DNA of 64,000 nucleotides from Eledone cirrhosa (lineage: Eukaryota): assembly GCA_964016885.1 (NCBI GenBank), contig CAXHJY010001531.1:22285-86284 (forward strand). Direction: 5' to 3'. Below the pieces are notes generated by a model, which saw only the letters and a program-made list of their open reading frames with translations, had not been told where the DNA came from and made no database searches. Positions 52,761 through 64,000 of the stretch are shown one piece after another (position 1 is the stretch's first letter; every line of letters begins with the position of its first letter). The position numbers and the translations under genes were made by a program.

Positions 52761-53779
52761 ATATATATATATATATATTATATATATATATACAATAATT
52801 TTAATGAGACAGACAATTAGATATCGCGTAGGGTCGCTGTTTTCCCCACACTCAATGATTTTACAAAATGTATGTTGCAAGTACGAATTTTTATGTTAGA
52901 CTAGACACAATATGTTACATAGTGGATAAATGGATTAGTGTGGGAACACAAAAAAGACTCCAAACTATAATATAGTTTCGTTTTAGTATCCTGAGAGCAG
53001 CTGGTGCATTAACAAAATACCACACACAATATATATCATCATCATTATTGTTTGACATCCATTTTTCACTGCTTGCAGAGACTGAATGTATCACCACAAA
53101 CAGGTCAGTACCCAAGCAGAGCCTTTGACCTCCAAGTGGGTCGGGGCCTGACATACAATCATGCACCAGATCAAGTGCATTTTACCATGGAACCAACACT
53201 AGGGAGGTTGTCATATCTATGGCACAACTGAAGAGTCCTCATGACTCTTTAGAAAGTTTTGTATGATTGAGTGCCCTTCCTATCACCAACCACTTTACAG
53301 AGTGTACTTATCATGTAGATCACCAACACTAGAGAAGTTGTTGTACCACTGACACTACTAAAGAGTTCTCTCCACCCTTTTGGCATGGTATCTACAGCAG
53401 GGTGTCCTTCATATCGTCAACAACCTTACAGGGTGTACTGGGTGCATTTATCATAGTATTGGCATGAGAAAAGTTGTGAATATTGACTCAACTGAAGCAA
53501 CAATTCAGAGATATCAATACCATTATGATATTTGTTCAACAAATATTTTACAAGGTGTGACTCAATAATCCCAACCATGAAACTTACAAAAGCTAAATAT
53601 TTAAACAAAAATAAATCATGCTGACAGGTCAGGAAACAATTTGGAGTTGTTGGAATTTGATAATACTGACAAAAAAGCAGTAACCTTGGAAACTGCCATT
53701 ATTGGTAAAGTCGACCTAGATCAACAACAATCTTGACCTATGAATAATGAGAAACTATTATCATAGTTTCTCATTATTC

Positions 53780-54640
53780 ATCTGATCGACCTTCGTTATT
53801 TCTATCTTCTTCACCCATTTATTCCTGAGTGTCATGGGGCCAGAGTCCTCAAACACTACTTCCTGCGGGTTCTGTCAGAAGCAACTATCTCCAACTGATC
53901 TGGCTGGATCCCTAGGTGAGACCAGCCAAGCTGGATGTTATCCAACCATGTTGCTCATTGGTTTTGCTTGTATAATCTGTCCAATGATTCTTTTCCGAGA
54001 CATTCTAACAACATGCCCATAGAATCGGAGCTGTGATCTCTCAATGCGGAGAAGTAGCAGCTCTAACTGGAGTGACTCTCTGATCTGAGCTACACACACT
54101 ATCAAGTAATGTTACTCCAAAGACCCTTTGGTTATAGCTATGGTACTGTAAATCATTCCTATCAGTTTGTAGATCCCATCATGGGTGTATGCTCTAAATA
54201 GCTGGATCAAGTATAATCAACCGGAAACATGGAGTGGTCAAACGTGGGTGAAACATTGTATAGAAAAGTTTACAATACAACTGTCATCTAATAAAAAAAG
54301 CTTTCATTATTTTAATGATAGTGTGTGTAGCTCAGATCAGAGAGTCACTCCAGTTAGAGCTGCTACTTCTCCGCATTGAGAGATCACAGCTCCGATTCTA
54401 TGAGCATGTTGTTAGAATGTCTCGGAAAAGAATCATTGGACAGATTATACAAGCAAAACCAATGAGCAACATGGTTGGATAACATCCAGCTTGGCTGGTC
54501 TCACCTAGGGATCCAGCCAGATCAGTTGGAGATAGTTGCTTCTGACAGGACCCGCAGGAAGTAGTGTTTGAGGACTCTGGCCCCATGACACTCAGGAATA
54601 AATGGGTGAAGAAGATAGAAATAACGAAGGTCGATCAGAT
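53780..54640. mobile_element. Tail-outward inverted duplication of an RTE 3' end (325-bp arms, 211-bp spacer)
   Basis: Arms 53780-54104 and 54316-54640; encode LLRIERSQLRFY.HVVRM; related single copy at ~62320-62595. Confidence 0.85.
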
Positions 54641-54752
54641 TATCATAGTTTCTCATTATTCTACGGGGTCGATAAAATAAAGTACCAGTAATACACTGGG
54701 TAATTGCTGGCCTGGTGCCTAAAGTAGAAACAATTATTTTAAAAAATTTGTC

Positions 54753-54784
<32 letters not shown>

Positions 54785-55806
54785 ACACCTGAAATATCTT
54801 TATACTATGCCAACAGAACACATAAAGACACTTGCTGAATGTCTCTTCATGATAATAATTGAACTCTTGAAGTAGCCAGGCAGCTTTAAGTCAAGGGTTA
54901 CAAACTACTTTTTTATGGCCTGCCGCATAGTTTTGTTTTCACCGTTTTCAAAGTATTTGCAATATAATTTATTGCAATTTACTCATGAAATACAATTAAA
55001 TGGGAAAAATAGATTTATCAAAAGTGAAAATGGGAAAAAGGGAATTTATTGAAAGTGAAAACAGAATTATGGAAAATGTTCCCTACGTTTTGTATTAATT
55101 CATATGTCTTGCTATCATATTCACATTGATGGGAAAACAAAATAGCAACCTTTCAGCTGTATTACAGATTAGCATTATGACTGGGATTGGCAGTATCGGT
55201 AGAGGGTCTGATGCCATGCTTTGCAGCAAAGAGTTACGTCCTTTTATGGTCTGAGTTCAAATGCCATTGAGGTTAACTTTGCTTTTCATCCTTGCGGGGT
55301 CAATAAAATAAAGCACCAGTAGTACCCTGAGATAATTGCTGGTCTTGTGCCAAAAGTAGAAACAATTATAACTGGAGGAAATCACCCTACCTCAGCTCAT
55401 CTCATGTTTATCCCACTGTGCCTCTTTCCTAAGACATAAATGACCCTTTTCAGCTCATGTCTCAAAAGCCATTGGTTGAGATATGTTATGGACCTGTCAA
55501 ATTCCAGTATTTTTAGTATTTCAATACCTCAGCATGCACTGTAATAGTACCTAGGTCTGTTAATCATTCAACTATAAAAGGCCAGGCAAAACTGTTGACA
55601 ATTGTTGCATCCCAAATAGGACAGCAGTGTCCAACCTGCATCTGTTGCTAATTACTATAACATGTTTCGTGATGATATCGCTGACTTTCCCTATCCTCAG
55701 TAATATGTAATTTTTGTATAGAATATGCTTTGAACTTGTGTATTATTTCTTTCAATAAAAATATCTAAATCAAAGATGAATTCAAAGATAAATTCATAGT
55801 TAACCT

Positions 55807-56369
55807 CCACTAATTTCAGTGGGAAATATTTTTTCCTCTTTTTTTTTTGTTATCAATTAAACTTATCCCATACGTTGCAAATCGCTTCCCCGCCCCCGGA
55901 ATAGGGAGGAGGCGGAACCCCCTTCCCTCACCCCAAGTTTTATTTACCATTTTTCCCCCCTCGTTTTTTTTTTTTTTGTGTTCTACCAACTAATCTTACA
56001 TGCGAACATGCTGCAAATGACTTTTTTGTTCCGGGAAACAGAGAGTGAAGGGGGACCTTCGGAATTGCCCTCCTCCCGGAGTGCTCTTTACTTCCCAACC
56101 CCAACGGCTTTGCGGTATGTTTGGTACTAAAATTAGTTGGCAGGACACGAAAAAAAAAAAAAAGAAATAATATATAAATATAAACAAGTGGAAAATGAGC
56201 AAAGAAAACTCCGGGGGGGGGGGGGGATCCAAAGGTGCTCCCTTTTCTGCTGGAAAAAGTCCTTTGCAGCATATTAGGAGGGAAATTTAATTAATAGCAC
56301 ACGAAAATGAAAAAAAAAAAAACGAAAAAAAAAAAACACGAAAAAATTATTTCCCAGTGAAATCGGTGG
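55807..56369. mobile_element. ~560 bp imperfect foldback (MITE-like)
   Basis: ccactaatttcagtgggaaata / tatttcccagtgaaatcggtgg termini; inner gtgttctaccaactaat/attagttggcaggacac and aacatgctgcaaa/tttgcggtatgtt. Confidence 0.65.
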
Positions 56370-59300
56370 CGTGTATTTCTATAATAATTGTTTCTACTTT
56401 TTAAACAAGGCCAGCAATTACTCCAGTGCATTACTGGTGCTTTATTTTAAAGACCCCGTAAGAATGAAAGGCAAAGTTAACCTCGCCGGGATTTGAACCC
56501 CCTTCCCCCCAAACAAAAATATGTAAAAAATGTACTTTTTCATATCTGTAATCAGCATATTTGGAAGTATATACATACTAACAATTAAGATCGAGCTATT
56601 GATAATGATTTCTAATTTTAGAACAATGCTATCAATTTTAGGGGAAGAGAAAGTCGATTATGTGTAACAGTACTTTAATGGTGTTATATTTTATCGAGTT
56701 CGGAAGGATGAAAAGCAAAGTTGACTTCGGCGAGATTTGAAACCAGAACGTAGAGAGCCGTAACTAAATGCCGCGAGGCATCTAGTCTGTTGCGCTAACG
56801 ATTTTTGTTAATACACTGCCTGGTTGAACTATTAATAACTGGGGGGAAAACATAGGGGTTAGTTGGGGTGACGATCCGACACTCCGTCAATTAATGTTAT
56901 AAATGTCACTCATAGGCTATGTGAAAACTAGCTGAGGTTTCTCATCAACTCGTGTCTTTATAACCAGCAATTTTACTTTTGAAATATCACAAAGACAATT
57001 ATTTATAATATATACGATTTTATAAATGAAGGTTGTCGAAAGAAAAATCAATAACTGTAGTATGAATGAATAATTTATATGAGTGCAAAATAGATAGACC
57101 AATCGAAATAGCGAAACATTGATTGAAAAGGCGGTTACTTATAGAGAGTTGTGTACAACTATTTCACTGCAAAAGCAAAATAATTAGATGTTCTGATATA
57201 TGATGAAGTGGATAGCGATACTATGCTAATGAAAACAAAATAGGTAAAGTTATAGAACAACCCACTCGATTTCAGTGGAAAAAAACATTTCTTTCTTGGT
57301 TTTTTTTTTTCGTGTCTCCATATATTTCATATATAATACATAATATAATACAAATGTAACAATTTAAAAAACAGTGATAAAGAAAGATATTGTTTTCGTT
57401 TTTTTTTTTTTGTTTTTTTTCTCGCTTGGATAATTTATTTTTGAGCATTATATTTCTGAGGTACCTAGCAATAATTAATTATATTTATTATATATGTTTA
57501 TATTTGTATTTATATTTTCATTCAGTAATGAATGAATGATAGGTGTAAAGGAAGAAAAGAAAGGGGGCCGATACAACTGAATTCATAGTTTCTTGAATCA
57601 AATGAAAAGATTAGAATACGATATTTTGAGAAAACATCTAATACTAAATATAAATATATTGAGCTGAGTAATAAATATTAGATAATTTTTATTACGGTGG
57701 TAGAAAAGTGATATGACATAAAATCAGTGTTTATATTTTATTTTCATTTTACACTTACACACATCTGCGAATAAAAAAAAAAAGATTAACCCCAAAATAG
57801 ACATAAACATCTAGTTAAATATATAATGAAAATTACGATAATAACAATTAATACTTACTCGGGAGCTGCTTAATATCACTAAGTAGTATCAAGAAAAAAA
57901 TATGTGAGAAGGTCAGCGGGTCAGTTCAGCTTTCGTAATTTGTATAGCCAAAAGAACATAGTAATTATACTACTAAACCAGAGATAGTGACGCGAAAACA
58001 CAGAACATCGACGTTAACGTTAAATGGTTTTGTGACAGTAAGTTACCGAAGCTGGGCTATGAACAAATACCACACACAGACAGATCTAGACTGCCGGCGG
58101 CGAAATAGTAATATACAAAGTAGAGAAGGCGGGGAGGGACATGAAAGTCAAAATTGATGTGGTTGAGTGAGAGAGATAAAAAGATAATGAGAGACAGATA
58201 CAGACAGAGAGAGATATCGAGAGACACAGAGATAGAGAACAAAGATTTGACACTTTCAGGTTATGGTAAATTAACATTCTTCTAATTTCTAACATTTATT
58301 GTGTTAAGGATTTTAATCTTAATGTTGTATCAATCGTCTAACCTTCTCTTGGTCATTTATTATTGACTTAAACTCTACTTATAAATACTATTTTTATTGA
58401 TTAAGCAGTAGGTGGGAAAATGGAAAGCAAGTCTTGCAAGTGTCGATAAGTCGACCGCCACTATAATAATTGTTTCTAATTTAGGCACAAGGCCACCAAT
58501 TTTGAGGAGGGGAAAGTCAATCAAATCGGATCCAGTGCGTTACTGGTACTTTATTTCATCGACCCCGTAAGGATGAAAGACAAAGTTAACCTTGGTGGGA
58601 TTTGAACTCATAATGTAAAGGGCTGTAACTATATGCCACAAAGCTTATTGGTCGACGCTCTACCGATACTGCCAATCCACCATCCTCGTATAATGATCAG
58701 TGAAATTTGAATTCAGAAAAAAAAAAGAAAGAAAATGAAATACTATAAGTCAGTTACTTCTTTATACCGTTTCTACTCTCCAATTATCGAATAATAATAC
58801 CAAATAATATTGATTTCTTACATTAGCATTAATTAGACGAAATTTGAAGTCAGCACGTAAAAATATGTAATTAAATACTGCAAAACAATTACGTCCGTCA
58901 CTATTGTATCTATCATCCCACTGCTTGTAGTACTAAATACTATTAAAGTTCATTCATACTTTTTGTTCATTCATAGTTTTTGTTTATCAATTGGTAATTC
59001 TCCATCGTAAAGGGAGGGGTGAGGACAAGGCAGCTAAATTTTTTTTTTTTTTTTTTCTAAATTCTTGGCAAGAATTAATAGAGGGCAATGTTTGAGATAT
59101 AGCTAATGTAAAACTGGAGGCCTAGTTTCGGCGTGGATTAAACAATAAAAATAATTTCACATTGACACAAGCCACACATTTTGGAAGAGGCGTGTAGTCG
59201 ATATTGACCCGAGCCTGTTACCAGGCAACACAGTTTGATGATAATATTAATCATGATGTTTAACATCAAATCAGTCCTGATCAAAAGCAAGCCTTTAATC

Positions 59301-62300
59301 AAAAACTTTCTATCTCGATTTTTTTTTGCACGTCATTGTCTAACGAGCTAGTCATACTTGGGTGTGATTTAAGGAAAATTTAACTGTTATTTTTTGCAGG
59401 TCGAGTGGCTACTTGAAGGCATCCTTGTTGGCTCGATTAGTTTTGAAGGGATGGCAGGTGTAATCAATTTAAACGTTCTCTCCAAGGGAATAAAACCACA
59501 GGCATAACAAAGCTACAGTTTTGGCGAGGTCAAAAGACATCGGGGGGAAAAAAAAACATACTTTAAATGTTTTTAATGGATTTTCTTATAATTTTATAGA
59601 TATGTCTTAAATAATTTACCCCTTTTCATAAATAATTTGTCCCTTTTCAACGGGACAAAATGTGGGTTTATTATTTCTGTGTGAAGTATATAGGGCGGTG
59701 GATTGGCAGTATCGGTAGAGCGTCGGACAACATACTTTTCGGCATATAGTTACGGCTCTTTACGTTCTGAGTTCAAATTTCGCCGAGGTTAACTTTACCT
59801 TTCATCCTCACGGGATTGATAAATAAGGTACCAGTAATGCACTGGGGTCTATCTAATCACCATTTTTATCCTCAAATTGTTAGCCTTGTGCCTAAAATCA
59901 GAAATCATTATTTTTTGCCTTTCATCCTTACGGGGTCGATAAAATAAAGTACCAGTAATGTACTGAGTAATTGCTGGCCGTGTGCCAATAGTAGAAACAA
60001 TTATTTTTTTAGTGAGTTTTTTCCTGGATCCGTATGTACAACGGGACAATCAATTAAATCGACCCTAGTGTATAACTGGTGCTTCATTTTATCGACCCCG
60101 TAAGGATGAAAGGCAAAGCTAACCTCGGCGGGATTTGAACTCAGAACGCAAGGGACCGTAACTCTATACCGCGAAGCAGGGTGATCGACGCTTTACCGAT
60201 ACTAACACAGGCGTCTCCCTTGCCGTCCTCCGGGGAAACGCTTTCTCCATTCTGTGTGGCGAGGCCCCATCACATATCAGTCCACTGAATCAAGTTTTAA
60301 AAATTTACTGCTGGAAATGCAGTCCAATGTTATGGTTCTTAATTAGTTCATTTATTAAGTTGTGATTGCGAGATAACAAGGAATGATAAAGAGGGAGACA
60401 TATTAGGCATTCCCCACGTTGCAGCTAACTCGAGTTACGGCAACTCGGGTAAATTTTAACAATATAAAAAATACACTTTTTTCTTGGACAAACGTGCTTC
60501 TTGGCACATCACGTGGCATCATTGATAAACTATGCAGATACACATACAGCAGATACCCCTACTTTTGTCAACTGGTGTCGCTAAAATAAAGAAACTTTGA
60601 TAAATCGGCACGAAAGCGACATTAATTTTACATTTTAAAAAAACATATCCTCTGAAAGATGAAATTATATTTATGATCAGGGCCTCGTTCTTAAAAGGTA
60701 GCAGGAGCTCTGTTTGAAATGGAGGCCCTGCTCGAAGAAAGGGCCCCGTTCGAAGAAGAACTTAATTGGTCTTTAAGAGATGTGACTTAATACTTCAAGG
60801 CATTTAGTAGTTCTACTGTAACTACAAAATAGGAGAGAGGGGGGGGAGTAGAATGTGTGTGTGTGTGTGTATTTGAAAGAAAGATAGTGTATGCGGGTGT
60901 GTATTTCCAAGAGAGAGAGAGGGGGGGGGGGGAGAAAGAGATAGTGTGTGCCTATGATTTAAAGAGAGAGACAGAGAGAGTGTGTGCGCGTTTGAAAGGG
61001 AAGAAAAAGAGAGTGTATTTGACAGAAAGAAAGAGATATAGAGATAGTGTGTATGTAGGTATTTATGTGTGCTTAAGTGAAGTGACAACAGAAAGTTAGA
61101 TACTGATGTGATAACAGCAGCAGTATACATCCATCCATCCATATATAGATATGTATGTATGTATTAGAAACACGCCTACTTATATTACTAAATATTGTAA
61201 GATCACTTTATGTTGCAGTTTCCCATTATGCTATTTATAGAGATAGTATTTCCAACGTATTTAAGTTTAGTGTTATAAATAAAACATTAATGTTTATATT
61301 ATTAGTATTAAAGGCAATTTTAAAATGACATTCTTTAAATGCATCGATGTATTATGGAACCACAACCAGGACCGGATTTAGACCCCAGGACAATTCAGGG
61401 TTGGAAGGCCTTTCATATACGGAAAAAAAAAAAATTAGAATACACACCAGACCCCCAATTTTACATATCAAAGTCGACTGGTGCAAGTAATTGGAATTGA
61501 AAAGTTATACATATAGATAATAAATTTTCCACACTAGCATATGTGGGATGGGTTGTTTCAATCCGAGACCAGACATATTGGAGCGACCTCATCTTGCAAG
61601 TGTCATTTATGTTTTAGGAAAGAGGCACAGTGGGATAAACATGAGATGAGCTGAGTTAGGGGTGATTTGTTCCAGTTATAATTGTTTCTACTATTGGCAC
61701 AAGGCTAGCAATTATCCCAGTGCATTACTGGTACTTTATTTTATCGACCCCGTAAGGATGAAAGGCAAAGTTAACCTCGGCAGGATTTGAATTCAGACCG
61801 ATACTGCTAATCTACCACCACTATAATAATAGTAAGCACAAGGGCCACCAATTGCGGGAGAGGGAAAAGTAGATTAAATTGACCCCAGTGAGCAATTAGT
61901 ATTTTATTTTATCGACCCCCGTAAGGATGAAAGGAAAAGCTAACCTCGGCCGAATTTGAAATCAGAACGTAAAGGGCCGTAACTCTATGCTGCGAGGTAG
62001 AGTGTCCGACTCTCTACCGATACTTCCAATCCATCGCCCTCCTCTTTCTAATAATGATTTCTTTTATAGGCACAATAAAAGGAAAACCAACAATACACAT
62101 GATTTTTTATAATTTTTCTTTCAAGAGTTCTAAAGTTTGGTATTCGGTTCCCTACAGTTAGTGCAAGTGACATTAGTAACATAATGTATGCTAAGATGTC
62201 ACTTCTATATTTCGAAGATTCTTTGAGGGTAAAACTAACCAATAAAGAATGGTTTCATATTTCAAGAAGTAGCGAATACAAGCAACCGAAACGGGGTTCC

Positions 62301-62593
62301 TCCGAAAGATCTTTGGACTAACATTACTTGGAGATCTGAGAGTCACACCTGGTAGAGCCGCTACTTCTCTGAATTGAGAGATCACAGCTCCGATACTATG
62401 GGCATATGTTTAGAATGTCTCAAGAATCGCCGGACAGATTTTACAGGCAAAACCAACTGGCAGGAGGCCCAGAGATAGACTCCGAGCAAGATGGTTGGAT
62501 AACATCCATGAGCTTGACTGGTCTCGCTTGGAGTCCAGCCGAAGCAATAGGAGACAGTTGCTTTTGATAGGACCCGCTGGAAGGAGTGTTTGA

Positions 62594-62773
62594 GGGAATA
62601 ATTTGGAGAAGAAGAAGATTTATGACAGAAAATATGGGACATTATATCATCAAAGCTTCTCTAACATATCTATAAATAAACACGGGAATAATTTGGAGAA
62701 GAAGAAGATTTATGACAGAAAATATGGGACATTATATCATCGAAGCTTCTCTAACATATCTATAACTAAACAC
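62594..62773. repeat. Tandem duplication, 2 x 90 bp
   Basis: gggaataatttggagaagaag...ctataa.taaacac twice, 2 differences by eye. Confidence 0.9.
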
Positions 62774-63110
62774 TTATCACATGTGTCGTTTATAACCATT
62801 CTTGAAGTCTAGGAAAACACGGTATAATTCGTTTTGACACTGAAAGTATTTCTCACAGAGGGTGAGGAAGCCAAGGTTCTGATTAATATTACTTTCATTG
62901 GTGAAAAATAAGAAAAAGAAATAGGTGGAGGACAAAGAAGAAGAAAAAGAAGAAGGATAATATTAATAATTTCTTTATTAGCTAAAAAAGCCCCGAACGA
63001 TGGGGACATTACAAAAGTCGGTATACAAAGTAGCAGGGGGTTTATATTAAATATTATAAAATGAAAAACAGCAGGTAACGATAAAATGCCAACAAGAAAT
63101 ACCCAACCCC

Positions 63111-63114
63111 TATA

Positions 63115-63170
<56 letters not shown>

Positions 63171-63498
63171 ATATATATTATATATATATATATAATATAT
63201 ATATCATATATATTATATATATATTATATATATATTATATATATTATATATATATTATATATATTTTATATATATTATATATATATTATATATATTATAT
63301 ATATTATATATATATTATATATATATATATATTATATATATATATATTATATATATATTATATATATATATATATTATATATATATTATATATATATATA
63401 TATATTATATATATATACATATATATTATATATATATATATTATTTTTATATTATATATATATATAGATTATATATATATATATTATATATATTATAC

Positions 63499-63531
<33 letters not shown>

Positions 63532-63534
63532 ATA

Positions 63535-63579
<45 letters not shown>

Positions 63580-63623
63580 ATATATATATATATATATATT
63601 ATATATATTATATATATATATAT
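63111..63623. repeat. Irregular (TA)n/TTA low-complexity tract
   Basis: Almost purely A/T. Confidence 0.95.
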
Positions 63624-63994
63624 GATATACGATATTAAACAAATGGAAACTATATTTATTTCATTATACATATTTCGGGGATACCATATTAAAAATATGG
63701 CATGCCTTCGTCAGATAAAATACAATATATAAACAGTTTTATAAATAATTTTGACGTACCATAAATATGAGCGACCATTATGTAGGAAGCTGGTTTGGTA
63801 GACTACCAAACCAGCTTCCTACATAATGGTCGCTCATATTTATGGTACGTCAAAATTATTTATAAAACTGTTTATATATTGTATTTTATCTGACGAAGGC
63901 ATGCCATATTTTTAATATGGTATCCCCGAAATATGTATAATTAAATAAATATAGTTTTATAAATATAGTTTCCATTTGTTTAATATCGTATATC
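63624..63994. mobile_element. Palindromic Penelope-type insertion, 1-nt spacer at 63802
   Basis: ~178-bp arms; right arm has a 14-nt internal duplication; hammerhead in each arm; abuts (TA)n. Confidence 0.8.
63882..63947 (+). ncRNA. Minimal type I hammerhead ribozyme (antisense twin ~63657-63722)
   Basis: CTGACGA 63890-63896; long stem II atgccatatt/aatatggtat; GAAA 63928; tatgta; AUA triplet; stem I tattttat/at(t/g)aaata. Confidence 0.78.
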
Positions 63995-64000
63995 TACTCC

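Noticed and set aside
53228-53260. CTGAAGA gtc..gac..GAAA
   Set aside because: GAAA is out of register with the hairpin; lies in an antisense RTE-tail repeat.

Overview
AT-rich eukaryotic, repeat-dominated DNA. The SINE, RTE and microsatellite content suggests an octopus or other coleoid cephalopod; this is inference, not a database result. I find no supportable host protein-coding exon. Recognisable coding sequence is all transposon-derived: a CR1/L2-type LINE (19198-21063, -), several RTE LINEs including a long open copy with a PHD finger inside the RT region (28249-31010, +), a 5'-truncated Penelope-like element (PLE) with an open RT+GIY-YIG ORF (37976-39277), a second decayed PLE (45390-46460, -), an internally deleted Helitron with both termini (41216-44765, -), and two CRE-type endonuclease remnants. 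There are also many tRNA-derived SINEs and MITEs. The most notable non-coding signal is a recurring architecture: short tail-outward inverted-repeat insertions at (TA)n tracts, most carrying type I hammerhead-ribozyme folds (1409-1733, 18422-18605, 18620/21197, 37753/40257, 52134-52349, 63624-63994). A direct-repeat-bounded hammerhead unit lies at 22808-23369. One insertion with the same geometry carries a back-to-back tRNA-like Pol III head instead of a ribozyme (52436-52760). All folds and alignments were read by eye, and boundaries of decayed repeats are approximate.
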